Source: Raillietiella orientalis
Lineage: Eukaryota
Direction: 5' to 3'
Assembly: GCA_036172245.1 (NCBI GenBank)
Contig: JAYWIR010000095.1
Coordinates: forward strand, 62,001 to 126,000
Length of the DNA stretch: 64,000 nt
A program made the position numbers and the translations under genes. Positions 1-13,977 of this stretch are shown one piece after another (position 1 is the stretch's first letter; the number at the start of each line of letters is the position of its first letter). The notes beneath the pieces were generated by a model, which was not told the DNA's origin, made no database searches, and was given only the letters and a program-made list of their open reading frames with translations.

Positions 1-1816
1 GAAGCGCCTTTCAAGAGCCCAAAAGGACACGTGGTGTCTCTATTCCTTCCTTGGTCCTCACCTGTGAGCTCCTGTGGCAAGCGCGACCGGCCTGCGGGGA
101 ACATGCACGGCCATGTGCCGCGACGGTTTCCTTGACGTGTGCGCAAAGAGCACAGATAAGAGCTTCCACTCTTTGAAGATAGCCATCTCTACAGAGAAGT
201 CGTCTCTCCGAAGGATACCCTTTCCCGAAGGTCCCTGTCGAAGCCGGTCGAAAAGAAACCGAAGGAGGAGATGGAGGAACGAAACCCGGCGCCACCCCCC
301 GGGCTCGGATGCTGCCTCTTCCTATGAGATTCGCCTTTCTGAAACCTCTGCGGCCATCAGCACAACCGTCCTAGCATCTTTGGATCAGTACAGAAGAACC
401 CCTCTGCCGTCTTTCTAGCTGTTTCTGGATTCTTTCCTCCGGAAAGGCTTTGGGCTCCATGTCCTCCTTTGGGCTTCATGGCCCTTGGAGCGCGCACTCG
501 CGAGGTCGCCCCCCTCACGGATGCAAAGAGGGAACCAATCCTTCTCTCTGCTTCTTACAACAGGTAAGAAACCTGGAGGATTCCCCCAAAGTGCGCCTTT
601 CTCAAAGGATCGCCTTGAATGCGCCAGAAGATGTGGTCCCTGGGTAGCAACGCGCGGATGCACTGCAAGAGATACGAAAAAGCTACCCCTCGATGTTAGC
701 AGTGCTCTCGACGAAGAGGAATCTGAAAAATCAGGGAAATGCTTTTCCAGGTTGCACCCCAGACGGAACGTGAAGGGAAATTCGAGATTCGGGAGATACA
801 GCATCACCGTTCAGTTCTTTTCCAGGGGATCTCGTCCCCTGGAAAAAGTTCTACAATACGCTTTCTCGAAACCAAGAGTTCCTCGAGGTGATCTCCTGAA
901 TCTTATCGACTAAACATCCGTCTCGCTAGTCTTCCTCCCCCTCGTCTTTTTTGGTGAGCACTCGAGCTCTGCAAAGCACAGAGCAGAAGGCAGTGCCTCT
1001 TGAAGAACGCCTAGTTGTGATGGGCAGTGCCTCCACATTCTATCGTTCTGGGAACCAGGATGAGACCTCGAACTCGTTCCAGTTCTCCAGGTGTGTGCTC
1101 CCTGCTCCAGCTTCAACTTTGTCTACGACTGACAGCTGATAAAGGAGAAGGAAAGCAAAAAGAGCAGCAGACAATGAGGCTCAAGGATCCTATTGGATCC
1201 TATCAAGAGCAGAAGTCCTTGTTGAGGGGATCTCTAGAAAAGTTACCACCAAGCATTACCAAAAGAAGCAATACAAAGAATAGGAATAAGATCCAAGAGG
1301 GGAGAAGAGGGTCGTTTGAAGGAAAAGGAATACCTCTGTGGCCACAGAGGCAAGCTTTTGCTGCTAGGGAAAGAAGATCTTTTCCCAGGTCTATACTCAA
1401 GCTTCAGGAGGAAGGTAAGGGCAACAGAGGAACACAACAACTAGGGGAATGTTTTCATAACAATGAGAGGATGGGCGAATGTGCGGTGCACGTAGAAGTT
1501 GGATGAGTAAGTGTGGTACTTTGCTCTTCTCCGCTGCTTCCTGGAGAAACTGCACTGATTACCTGGGACTTTCGTGGGTCTAAAGACTGGCGACTCTGAT
1601 ACTTTGCTCGGAGTAGAGTTTTCATAAATACCATGGAGAACAAACATTTTGAAGGCTGGATACGTGGATATAATGGATGCTTCCAGGGGGGACTGAGTTC
1701 ACGTTGATAGTCGGAATTGGCGGAGCTGTCCGGAGGCAAAGGGGTTGCCTTGGAAGGGAGGAAATGCAAAATGCTGTGGATCGTCCTGTAGCAATGTTCA
1801 GGAACCAAATAAGGAC

Positions 1817-1921
1817 GGAGGGAGGAAGGGAGGGGGAAAGGAGGAAGAGGAGGAGGAGGGGGAAGAAAGGGAAGGAAGAAGGGAGGAAGAGAAGAAGGAA
1901 GAAGAGGAGGAAGAGGAAGGA
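1817..1921 (+). repeat. 105-nt uninterrupted polypurine tract
   Basis: Only G and A occur between the C at 1816 and the T at 1922. Confidence 0.95.
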
Positions 1922-2121
1922 TATCTTTTCTGGGAAGGATATCAGGGTTTTAAAAGCGAAGGGCGTAGAAAGAAACATGGGGGACAGGTCCTGCAAAGGG
2001 AGATCCCACGAAGAACTCTACAGACGACCTCATCACTCCATTCCTCAATTCTAGGCAGCAGTGGGGCAACCATGAATCCAAGTCCTGCTACTACAATACT
2101 CTACTGCTCTTCCTACCTCCT

Positions 2122-2183
2122 CGTCCCCATGATAGATGGTGTCTTGCTTCTCGGAGATCCGTCCCCATGATAGATGGTGTCTT
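2122..2183 (+). repeat. Perfect 24-bp direct repeat, period 38
   Basis: CGTCCCCATGATAGATGGTGTCTT at 2122-2145 and 2160-2183. Confidence 0.95.
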
Positions 2184-5100
2184 CACCTCTCGCTCCTTCA
2201 GGCGAGAGGAAAGAAGTGAAAAAAGACCGGGCGGGATAATATGACAGCAGCTGAACCAAGATGCGCCTCTTTTCGAGAGAACGCTACGTGCCCCACCGAA
2301 TCACCTAGCAACGGTAGGGCCGCGCTGGCGGCATCACACCGAGCATGTCCAGAGGATGTCTAGCTCCAGAGAGAAACTGCGGAGGGGACAGATTGCTCTC
2401 CCAGGCGACTGCGATCGTATTCTCCCCGTTCTCCCGTCGTCCTTTCGCCTCCGGTTCCAGGAGCGCCAGGAATGGCGCGGTCCACTGGAGTCAGACTCCC
2501 TCTTACTCCCTGAGAGCTTCCAAGAGCAAAGAACAAAAAGAAAGATGGGTGTCATTCCAACGGGAACAAGAAGGATTCTTGCGGGCTCGTCGTAGTAGAG
2601 ACCTATGGGCTCGCTCTTCCGATCCAGGGCGCTGCGAGAGAGTCTTCCAGCTCCTCTCCCCTACCACTAGAAAAGGCGTCCCGTAGTAGTTTGTGTTTCC
2701 CAGGAGGAATGTTTTTCCAAGAGGCATTGCTAAGAGTCGCTGGGAGAGACAGAGTAGCTCCGATACGCGCTGCTCCCCCTCCTTCCTTTTATTTCTGTAG
2801 CAGTGTGGGAGCTCTAATTGCAAAGAATGTTTCTGCTAACAGTTTGGCATTATCTGGTCCGGTGCCTTCTCGCTCTCTCCCTGCCTTCCTCTCCCTCGGA
2901 CAGTCCTGGCTCGCCTCTGCTCAGATGCAAAAAAACTCCTACGGAACGACCTTGAGGAGACCACGGGCGTCCGGAATCATTGCCTCCAGCGAACCGCGTT
3001 CGAGCCGATCTGGTGGTGCTCGTTCTTCCGGCCAGAGGTCGTGCGCGGAGCTCCTTACCTACTCTTCTTTGCTCCTTCCCCCTCTTTAGTAACGAAACTG
3101 GAGCCCGTTCTTCCTCGATTCCTTCCGCTTTTCGGATTTCTCGAGTCATGGCCCGACTGGACTCTTGGTCGCCGGGACGTGCGCGTCCCGAAAGCCCCGT
3201 GCCTCCCGCTCCGCGGTCCTCCTCCCGAGAAGCGGAGCAAAGGGAGGTTTCCGAGGCAGCAGCAGTCCGCGGCCTCTCAAAGGCACTGTTGCTGCCCTGT
3301 ACCGAGGAAACAGTCGGAGCACAAACAAAGGATCCCTCGGCATCCTTCGGAGGCACTCGCTCACCTCCTCAGCAGCCTCCCTGCTCCTGCCTACTCTCCG
3401 CCACCCAGGATCTTCGCGATTTCTCATAAAACCGGATGGACGAGAGGACCGTTTCTGCATGCTCAAAGGGCCATCTTCCAGGACAGGACAGGAGGAACTG
3501 ACTCTCTGTCTATGGGTGCGCTGCCTGTGGAGAGGATGTTCCCTCCGATGCCCGCGAGCGTGGAACCAGGAGCCTCTTCAGGAGCTCGAGGAGACGGCGA
3601 AGGATATCTGGGGAAAGCATGGGGGGGAGGAGAAGTGGAACTAGCCAACCTGGCATTGTTCTGCCTCCATGGCGACTTTCCGGAAAAACAAAGGCGGAAA
3701 AGGAAGAAAGCTGCTGCCAGGTGAGCAATCCCTCTTCACTTCTGGAAGCACTTCGCGCTCCCGCGCTTCCAGATTCGAGAGAAGATCCGTCTGTGGACGG
3801 CCCGCGAGGTCTCATATGTGGCCATATCTTCTTCCTTGACCCTTCCCGGAGTCGGTACGTCGCGCTCTCTGCACGTTGCCGAGAGACTTTTCTGGCTCGC
3901 CGCTTGCTTCATTGTGCAATCCCGATGACCGCGTCAGTGGACTCGGGAGTTTCACAAAAGTGCATGCAGGTTCGATGCAGGAAGGCTTGACTTCCGCCTA
4001 GCTTCGGGACGTTTCCGTTCATTCCAGAGTTCCCAAACCTCCCGAAACTCTGCTTCACTGCGTGAGTGGCTGCAGTGGAAAAAGATCCGTCCCGTTTCGA
4101 CTTTGGTCTTTAAACTTTCAGTGTGCTCCCAGCTGTGAAACTGCAAGTCCCAGAGTACCTAAAAGAAAGAATGGAAGGCCTTTTCTGTAGTGGAGAGGCT
4201 TTAGGGAAAGAGTGTAGAGGAGCTGGAGACGGCGCAGAGTTTTCTTGAGCTGCTGCAGCTCAAGAAAAGGAGTTCAACCTGTCTCCATCTCCGGCTCCAC
4301 TCTTTCCCTTTTTTCGCTTCCTCTCAGCTGGACCAATTTTCGCTTCTGGAAAGCTCTCCATCCAAGGGTCTTGTTACTGCTGCTCCCCATCCCTGGACAG
4401 GAACAGACGAGGAGGAAAGTTTTCGTGATTCCATTATGTTCCTCAGCACACAAGATTTATCTTGTGCATCGATCCATCCAGACTGAAGATGGGACAAGCG
4501 TTCCTGGCAAGCGAAGGGGCCAAAAGGGTACTTCGTCTCGCGAAACTCTTCCGATTCCCTGTTTCTGTTGGAGACAAGATCGATGCGAGTGCCTTCTTGT
4601 CTACTCATTCTTTCTCTTGCTTCCAGGGAAAGCACGCGCGTGAGGCAAAGTGCCTACTTCGGGAAACACGAAGCAGCACGAAATTCCTTTGGGACTCTTC
4701 TTCGCCGTGCTGCATTTCCCTACGAAACTGACTGCTTGAGGCAAGAATTCCGAGGAGGCCTTTGGTCTGGAAAGCATCGAGTGGTGTTAGAGATCTCTCG
4801 TGCAGCCTTCGAGGAAAGCGAGTTTTTCTAAAGCTCCCGATGCTGATATTGGAAGGTGGGTGGAAAGTGGAAAGAGGGAGGTGGCTCTCGGCTTCGGCAC
4901 CTAAGGATCTGTAGCTGCTTCTGATTACTTGCGCGGCTCTCTTCTCGGTCTTTTCGTCGGGAAGAGATTTGCTCCTCTTCGCGCTCTACTGAGTAAGATG
5001 GAAGACTACCAACGCTGGATTTGAGCCATCTCTTCAGCAGCAGCGCGAAAAAGTGTTCTGGAATCTTTCCAGAGAGCCTCCATTTTTGCCGTCCCTATTT

Positions 5101-5949
5101 TAGGAAGTTGCTCCTGGCATTCCGTACCTAGGCTCGAGGCCGCTTCTGTGTCCACTCCTAACCTATGCATCATCCTTGAAAAGCTGGGCAAAAAATTTTT
5201 TTGCCTCCAGTGGCTTTGGATACTGGACGATGTGAGCAGAAAGAGAAGTTTCCGAAACGGCCACTCTGCGCGAAGATCTCAGGATAGGTCGGCGCCCACA
5301 CGAACTGATGAGGGAAGAGACGTCAGCAATTTTCCTTCTCCACTTCTCCACATCTCGTCTCACTGCTTCCTATAATCAAAGTGGCTGCCGCTTGCAGAGC
5401 ATCAGCTTCTCTCAGGGCATCGAATTCCTTTGCAATTTCAACCTCCGCGTCATCTCCGCAGTCCGCCGGAGCGACGAATTGGCATCTTTTCCTTTCTCCC
5501 TTGACTCCTTTTCCAAAGAGCTCTTAGCGGTCCGCATCTGCGCCTCCTCCCTTCCACGCTTTCTTTCCGCTGAGAAGCCCGAGCGGCGCGCCTCCCGCTC
5601 GCCTCTTTTCCGGGTCTCCACGGAGCGCGGAAACTCGTCGCGATCTTCTTTGCTATTCAGTTGCTCCGACCTCTCATCTCGCCGGATGACCGCATGGGGA
5701 GAAACCACTGGGATGTCCTGCAGGAAGTTCTTGACATCCTGGTGTCCAGGAGGTAACGGTAAAGCTCTCTCGGTGAAGGAAGATAAGGACGCCTCGGGGA
5801 ACGGCCTGAGTGCTCGCGAGACGCGACATCGATCATCGGCACGCTCTTTCGCGGCCTTGGAAAACTCGGTTCCGATGCGAATACCGAAGCAGCAGATCCA
5901 CAATCATGGACCGGAGAAAACAAGAATAGAGGAAGTCTGAGAGAAGTCC

Positions 5950-8900
5950 TCAGCTGCAGCAGCAGTGGGACAATAATCTCCAGACAAGGAGAGCAAGGTG
6001 GCATGATGATGGCAAGGAACCCTCTTGGAGGACTTGGAGGACCAGAGCTGGCGTGGTAAGAAGCGCCCTAAAGATCTGAAGATCGAGGACTGATCTTGAT
6101 AAGCGACAAGAATCAAGATAAGATCTGGTGCGGAAGAAAGGATCTGGAGCTGCCAAGGAGTGACGGAGGGGAGCATCGAGGAGAGCGAGAGTGAAAGGAT
6201 GCCGGAGGATAAGGAGCACCAGGATCAGATCGCTCTCTAAGAGGAACGGCATGCGATCCTGGGGCTGAGAAAGCATTCCTTGACCGGTCCGAAAGTTACT
6301 TGTCACGTCCGGCTCCCGTGGCGAGCGCGCGAGGTCCCTCAGGCCCGAACTGCCGAGAATCTTGATGGATTCCCCCGGATTTTAAGGTAACTGGAAGAAG
6401 CTCATGCCGCAAGCGCTCTTTGGCGCTCACGCGTTTGAAGGATGATGCTTCCGGGTGCGAGTCCCGCCCTTGACGCCAGTAGGCTCTACGAGGCGCCAGT
6501 CATGTTCCCCATTGGACCGGAAGCCGGGGGAGCGGAGTCACTAACAGCTCAGGAGAGCGAAGGAACGGAAGTCCCCACGTCCGGCCAGAAGCCTTCCTAT
6601 CAAGAGATAGGATAGTAATGAGAGAGGGGACGGATTCCCTTCCCAGCATCTGGTGCTGCAGGCCGCATCCTCGAGTCATATCCCTGTGCATCATCGTTAG
6701 TGTGCTCGAATCCCGTGTTTCTCCCCTTTCTCTCTCTCCCTCAAAGCAGCAGCTGACGTCTCTCTAGCAAGAGGTCTCCTTCGGGACGGGCTGACTCAGG
6801 TCTCCTCCTCATGATCTCCTCCAAGCTTAGAATCTTGCTCTGCAGCTCGGCCGACGCTCCGTCATCGAAGAGATGGCGAGGGATGCTCTGAGAAGCCCGC
6901 GGTCACGGCAAGTCGTGAGCAGTCAACCAGCTCGCCCCGTAGCAGATGCTTGCGGGTGGCATTTCGCGAGCGACCACCCCCGCATTTCGCTGGAATCTCG
7001 GGTCCTTCTTGAAACGCGTCAGGAATCCGCACCTCCAACCAGCTGAAGTTCCGCCAGTGCCTCCTTTCTTCCTCGCGGACACGGATCTGCTGGTCCTTCG
7101 CCAGCTTATTCTCCACTTGCAGGTTGGCACTGCTGGAAGCCGATTATCTCGCTCAGGTTACGAAAGTTCCGTGGTCCACAAGTTCAGCGGCAGCCAGAAG
7201 CGGACAGGTCACAGTCTCTGCTTCCCTCAGGGAAGAACCGACGAATCTCGAGAGAAGACCCAGGGCAGAGAAGAAGGTAAGGAGTTTTGTAGGACGGAAC
7301 ACACGCTGCTGATCTTTTCCGAGATTGGAGAGATTGCTCAGCACTGACCCCTTTGCTCGACCGCTTTTTCCTCGCGTATCCTGCTCACGCGCCATTTGCC
7401 TTCCTTGCCGCACACCAAGATCGGATGTACCGGAATATCGGAAAGGGAGCGGGCTCAAAGGAACAATGGAACGAGCACCCAGGCTCAAAGGTCCTCGGAT
7501 CCACGCCCTTCCACTGCCACCTCCAGAGGGGAAGTCGATCGACCACCTTCGACAACGCAGAGGATGCCGGAGATCCACGAAGATTTCATCCCTCGGGCAG
7601 ATGGGTGGGCTGCTCTCATGCTGGGCCATCCAAAGACGGGATTGAGAAGAAAGGCATCTCTTTATGTCCTACTCCGAATCCCGCAGCTCCTCTCGACAAG
7701 GCAACAGTAGGGCAGGGAAGGGAAAGAGCTCGAGCTTCCTCTGTGGTCAGTGAACCGGTTGTGGCAGAGATCGAAGGGAAAGGTCACACCCTGAGCTATC
7801 TCTGGCGACGCCCTTTCTGATCGTGGATGCGTCCGGTGAGAGAAGGCTTATTCACTCTCCCTTCACCCACCTCCCTCTAACAGTTTGCTTCTGATGTTCT
7901 TCCGTTGAACGTTCGGCGAGATGAATGGCAGGCTTCTGTCTCCTGTTGAGGGATTCCTGGGATGCGAAGGACAGACTTTGCAGTGGCATCACAGAAGATG
8001 CGATCATAAGGAATCTGGGAGGCCTGAGAAAACAAAAGCAGAGGGGAAAAGAAGGAGGAGACTCCATTGATCCTAAAAGATGGTAGCATGAGGCTGAAGG
8101 GATAAAAGCGGGAAGGCATACGAAGACGATGCGGTGATCCCGAAAATGTTGCTCACGTGAGGAAGTAAAAAGGAAGGCATGGAAGGAAAGGAGGATCGCT
8201 GTCCCTGAAGACAGGTCAGCGAACTCAAAAGCCAAAACCTACTCCGAGACCTGTGCTTCTTGTCTGCTCCAAAGAGAAACCGCTCTGGCGTAGGCAAGGA
8301 GATTTATCAGGGACTGAGGAATGCGCCTCCAGCTTCAAAGGTTCCCTGCTTCGGGAGCATTGGAGGCAATGGACGACATAGAAGATGATCCTACAGAAGA
8401 CCTTTCGTGTTGATGAGGGGCTGGATTTCAGGATAGTTCGATATAAAAGATAACGACCTTCAGCTTTCACCTAAGTTATAGGAAAGTTCCACGCAGCAAG
8501 AGAAGGAATCCCAAATAAGGCGCATCCAGGAAACATCCCTGATCACTAAGCAATCCGTGGTTTTCCAGACGCCATCCAGGATTCCTCGATGGTCAGCGAT
8601 CGATTGCCTTCCCTTGTGGCCAGACATGACGGAGGCTGCTGTATTCGACCGCCGACAGCTGCTTCTCCCGTGATCAACGTCTCATCTCCATTGCTGTTTT
8701 CAACAGGTGTCTGCTCCTCTTTGAGGGCCAGTGACCTCGTCTGCAGAGGATAACCGCAGACGCAATTCCGCCTTAGAAGAAGCATGGGATGGAGAGCACG
8801 CCTGCCCTTGTTCCTTCGCCATCCTCTTCGCTTACGGATTGGCACCTCCGGAAGCCGATTATCCTGCTCAGGTTACGAAAGCTCTGTGGTCCACGAGTCT
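5950..8900 (-). mobile_element. Cluster of decayed L1/Tx1-like ORF1 and APE fragments
   Basis: SSYLKIRG and G.VKEC (degenerate zinc knuckle, ~6270-6400), EGRYLL and FRDHRIV (APE-like, ~8460 and ~8140), plus two copies of the same 59-bp segment. Confidence 0.45.
7124..8897 (+). repeat. Dispersed direct repeat pair, 59 bp (7124-7182 and 8839-8897)
   Basis: Ungapped alignment with 51/59 identities by hand count. Weaker similarity extends ~40 bp to the left. Confidence 0.9.
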
Positions 8901-11900
8901 GATCCACGAACCGATAGCAAGAGCGCTTCTCGAAATATCGACATTTTTCAGGAGCTCCCGGACCGCGCTCCTAGCAAATTGCTCTTTTCGGGAACGAAAT
9001 CTTCCTCACACTCGAGATCGAAGTCTTGCTGGGGTCGAGAAGTCGAAGAAATACATTCGGCCAACCTCCAACCAGTATTCGACAGTCGACCTCAAGGATA
9101 TCTACTAAAGGACCACATGCTCCTCCTTTTCTCCGAGGAGAAAGCCATGCCTTCCTTTTCTTTCCCTCTTTGCTGAGCGATCTTCCCTCCTCGTGGACAG
9201 ACTGTTCTCCTGCTGCATGCGCAGGCCTTGCATGAGTCCTGCACAGCTGCTGAGGTGCGCCGAAGAAAGAAGAGGAGGAAAAATCTTTGCAGGAGTTTGT
9301 CATCTGCTTGGACGCGAGAGAACAGGCTCGCGCTGAACATCCTGGTGTTTCCGAGAGCTTGCGGGCGGAGCTTTTCGGACCACTTCGTCGTGATTGCAGC
9401 CAGGTCGCGGGTTAACGAGGCTCGTCCTGCTGGCACGCGTGACACGCGTTCCCCGGGAGACGGCGCGTAATAGAAACAAGCGCGCCCGCTCTGTGGCACG
9501 CACGTCTCCACGTCCTGATACGGTTGTCAAGGGCGCGTTCGAAAAGAGGCGATGCATCACGAATGCTTGAGCTACGATTGGTGCAAAATGTGTCAAGAAG
9601 TCGTTAACTGAGATGTATCCCAGACAACCGGGGGCGAGATGAACAAAAGATGGCAGGCAGCGCACCCCTCAGCGGACGGAGGAAACAGCGAGCAGATTCT
9701 GTTTCAGAGAGAAACGCAACGTTCAGCTTCTCACTTTCCGAAATGACGCTGCACCCGTTCATCGGATCGCCCGCCTTCTGAACAGTCCTCCGATGCCTGG
9801 ACCTGCATCGGCTTGATGCGTGCTGCGCTCTCTCTCGTGCTGAGGCGACAAAAAGATGCCCAGCCACTGCAGAAATGGACGTGGAGATGGAAGCAATACA
9901 GGGAGGTTCAGAAAAGCATTCTAGCTGATCCGAGAGGATGAGCGGGACGCAAGCACTACGCAGGCTCCGAACCTGATAAGATCTGAGACCGGTTATTCCA
10001 AAAGTCCCGAAGAGAGAGTCTCCTTCGATCTTCCACGAGCTTCGGCCCTGTGGCAGTGGGCGGTACTGTGAAACACGAGAGGGCAAGGGATGCTCAGTGG
10101 CGGCTGTTCTGATCCGCAGTCCAGAAGATGCATGTGCGACTGTTGCTGGAGTGGGAAAGACGGCAGTCGAGACGGAGTAGACTTGGGAACATCCAGCAAT
10201 GCTTTTGGAGTCCTGCTCAGTCCACGTTCGCCTGTTGGGGAGTCTCCTGCACTGCGCGTGCACTGAAGAGCCGGAGCCTATCGATGCGAGTGTAGAGGGC
10301 CTGGACCGGCTCCTCTTCTCACGCTTTCCTCGTGGGACTTTCTGGTTCTGAGGGAATGAAGAGGAGAGCCCGACCCGGAAGTCCCGAAAACGCGGCAGCA
10401 TTCTTCCTCGGAGAGAACCCGGCCGACTGCTCCCCGCTTCCTGCTGGCCTGCTCGCTTCGAGAGCACGACGGCCCGCTATCTCCAGGAAAACTCGACGCA
10501 CTTCCCGATAAGAGAAATCACGAAGGACCCACTCCGATGCAGCTTCATCCTCGCGGGCTTCTCCAGGAGTCCTGCCAGCAATCTTCGAGGCGTCCCTGGC
10601 ACTCGGCGAGGACGGGGGCGGAGTGGAGAGCTAGCCCCCTTCCGGGAGAGAGAAAAGGACCTAAGGAGCGTCATAGATGACCTTCACCTGCTGAGTCCGG
10701 TCACGCAAAATCGGGAAGTCCTTAGCATTTGAAAAGGAGTTCCAGAGAGAGCCCGCCAACGGTTGAACAAACTTTCATCGACGGTGGTAGCGAGAAGAGA
10801 GGCAAAAAGATTGCCTTCGGGAGGCAGTCCACTAGACGATAGCTTCAGTCGAGAAATCCCCGACCCCTTGCAGGGGCCTTCTCTCGACCAAAAATCGACG
10901 GGAGAATCTGCAACTCCGGGATCCCGTGGTAGCAAACGGGAAGAGAACTCTTCATCCAGCGAGGATCCGCAGTGGCCGACAAGTGGGGAGGGAGCAAAGG
11001 TTTCCATCCCAATTTTTCCTCCTGATGCCGACTTGGTCGGAGCCGTTCGGAAACCGGAAGCTCGTCCTTTCTTCCTCCTTTCCTCCGATACCATCTCCAG
11101 GGCAGCCATGCAATTGCGAGAGCATTTCTAGATACAGACTGGAGCTGGGGTAGAGGTCGGAGTGGGGAGAGCAGAAGCGTCGGAGACCCTGAACTATCCC
11201 ATTACCTGGAACCGTCCGTTGTCCATTCCAGGCCACCGGTCCTCGTTTTCACTCAGATCCCGCGCCTTGAAGAGGAAGAGAGAAGGTTACCAAGTGGAGT
11301 AAAAAGAGGAGACCTGGAACTTTCAGGATGAAGGAACACGATCCTTCATCAGGGGTGAAAGGATGCTTGGTGAGACGCGTCTTTTTCCCTTTTCCATCCT
11401 CGCGGGGAGAAGTGAACGAAAGATACTGGTCCATTTGACCTCGATGGCCCCCTCCAGGGAACAGAGAGAGGAGAAAGGGAAGCAGGAAGGGAGATATCAG
11501 AAACGGAAAAATTCGTCAGGATCCTCGAAGAAGCGGCTCCCCTCTAGGCACAAAAGGAGCTGGTCAAGGTCGTTCGTTTTTCTGTTACTCCGTTGCACGA
11601 GGGTCAGTCATTCCCGAGGAAGATGTTGCACGTCTTCGTGCGCCATGATAAAGCCTCCACCCAGACACCTTGAAGTCTCGTCAGCGCGACCTAGGATGCG
11701 AAAGCGCAGACGGATGACTCGTCGGGGTGAGACCTGAGAGCACATGTCCTCTCCCTGTCTGCCTCTCTTTCCCTAGGTGCTCCTCTCCCTCTTCAGGAAG
11801 CGCGTTGGAGCTCCCAGCCGCTTTAGGATGCCCGCAGTTCTTTCTCCTGCGCAAGCGAGAAAGAAAGGCTTACTCTCTATCTCGAGGCATCCTGACTGAA

Positions 11901-12975
11901 CTCCTCATCCTCTAGTCATTCCCTCCAGTTTCCGGAGAAGACTGGAACGCATCCCGAGTCCGTTCCTGTTCGTGCCTACTTCATGCACGGCAGAAAGTGC
12001 ACATCCTCGTGCCAGAGCAGTCGGATGAGAGACTGCTCCCGGACGCTGACGAGGACAGATCGGAGATGCTACGCCGCCTCCTTGGATACCCCGGGAGTTC
12101 CCCTCGAATTGAGCGTATTCGCGAAGAGGAACCACAGCGGATAAAAGAAAGATCCCTTTTCCGCTGTTCACTGACTCAGCTCTCAGCTTCCTTCCTGAAC
12201 GCTTCCATGCGATTCCTCCACTGGAGTATTTCGGAGATGTCTCCTTGCCAAGCGGAAGGGAGAGCTTTGGAGAGGTCCTCGCTGGCACCACCTGGGTGAC
12301 GAGGACGCCTGCCGAACAGAGGGGATCCCAAGAGGTCAGAGGACGATTTCCTGAGCTCTTCACAGCCCAGAGGCTGCACATGAGGGACCGGTGGACCAGA
12401 GAACCAGACCGTGAGTAGGGATGAAGAGAAGGGGGAGGCGGAGAAAAGTCTGGAAAGAAGCGGGAGAGTAAAGAGAGGGCAGAAGAGGTGGAAGCGACAT
12501 CAGAAGGCGATCGACCAGTTTGTCTGGGTAGAAGGATTCTGGAGGTGGTCACGTCTGGCCCTAACGGCCGTCCTGGAAAGGGGAATTCCGCGCGGCAACT
12601 GACGTTCCACCGGACTCGCGTCCATGGAAGACAGGAGGTGCTGCTCTCCCCAGGTGAGATAGTCCTTGGATCGGGAGGAAAAGAGAGAAAGAAGTGCAGT
12701 CTCCCCCTCCCGTGATCCTGCGCCTGCCATCCCGAAGTTTCGGATTTTTCGTTCCGAGGAAGAGGGAACTGCGGTGCCGCCAGAGATGGGGGGAAGAAGA
12801 GGGAGAGAGGGGGAAACCCACTGCCTCTCATCCTGAAGGAAAACCCGACGCTGCGGATGTCCTCAATTCCGTACCCCGCCTCCTCATTCCTCTTTTCTCC
12901 CCGGGCAGCTTGCAGCTCCGATGGAGCTGCAGATGCATCCTCCTTTCCACGGGCTTTCCGAGCTCTTCAGCGGCC

Positions 12976-13977
12976 TTAGGGCAAACAATGACAGTTGCCA
13001 ACCTATGGAATAGGAGTTCTGCACAATAAGCTCCTTGGCGACTGCAGGACAAAGGAGCTGGTGCAAGCCGCCACTCCTCGGAATCGGGCAAAGGGCCTGC
13101 TTCGGTGGAGCGAGCATTTAAGTGTGCCCCCCGAAGAGATAGTGGTTCCCCCCGTTTGTTTAGACAGCTCCGTATTCCCCTTGAAACGGAAACAAGATGT
13201 GCTGCTGTTTTTACACTTGGGTCTCCATTGTAATCAGAGGCGAAACATCGTTTCCGGGGGAGCTGTCTCGCTAAGCTGCTCGAGGTGCGGAGAGATCGAG
13301 TCTTTTCCTCACCTCTTGCTGGACTACAGTTATCTCCGCGAACTGTGGCTTAGGCTGAGTTCGGCCGTCATGCCGCAGAGATGCACTGCCATGGATGTGC
13401 TGTGGCACTTCTTCAGTAGGAACGGACTTTCGGTAGGCGTGATCATCGCAATCATGTGTTGCATTTGTGCCATTGTCAAGGCCCTCTACGCCCTGGAGTT
13501 GTCAGCGCAGCGAAGGGAGGCCCACCTGCTTGCAGCTGAATCCATGGAGAAGGCTGCAAGGTGGTCTCACCTTCATGACGAGGTAAAGAAGGACAACGCC
13601 GGCATCCATCGCCGGTACAAGGACGTTTAAGAACGGAGTAATCCGGTGACCCCTGTAACCTCTCGCCCACCTATGCCCCATCCTCGTTCGCTCCGTTGAA
13701 TTCTCAGTTCTAGTGTTGGTACCCCGGTGCCTTCCGGAGCGATCCCAAAGACCCTTGTCCTGGCCCACCCCACTCGCTGTTTTTCTTTTGTTTTTTGTTT
13801 GTTTGTTTTTTCCGATCCCTCACACCGCTCTGAACGATGTTATACCGCTCTGCGTGCCAGGTGGATTCTCCCTCATTTTTGTCCAGTCGTCGGTTGGTAC
13901 CTCTGTTCCCAATTGGTTTATTTTTTGTAATCTCTATGTTTACACGAAATAAACGCCCCGGCGTGACCGGATGAGAA
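12976..13977 (+). mobile_element. 5'-truncated L1/Tx1-like non-LTR retrotransposon insertion, 1002 bp
   Basis: Perfect 15-bp direct repeat AGCTCTTCAGCGGCC at 12961-12975 and 13978-13992. Contains an ORF2 C-terminal fragment, a T-rich 3' UTR and AATAAA at 13948-13953. Confidence 0.88.
12995..13630 (+). pseudogene. ORF2 C-terminal fragment with zinc-binding (zf-RVT-like) motif
   Basis: CSRCGEIESFPHLLLDYSYLRELW (13277-13348) fits CxxC..E(S/T)..H....C.....W with the last Cys changed to Tyr. The frame stays open for 211 codons to TAA. Confidence 0.8.

Noticed and set aside
2122..2183. 24-bp direct repeats as a CRISPR array
   Set aside because: Only two copies, a 14-bp spacer, no cas genes and a eukaryotic context. 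This is a simple tandem duplication.
7124..8897. Repeat pair as LTRs of a small LTR element
   Set aside because: No TG...CA termini, primer-binding site, polypurine tract or TSD seen, and the interior is LINE-like.
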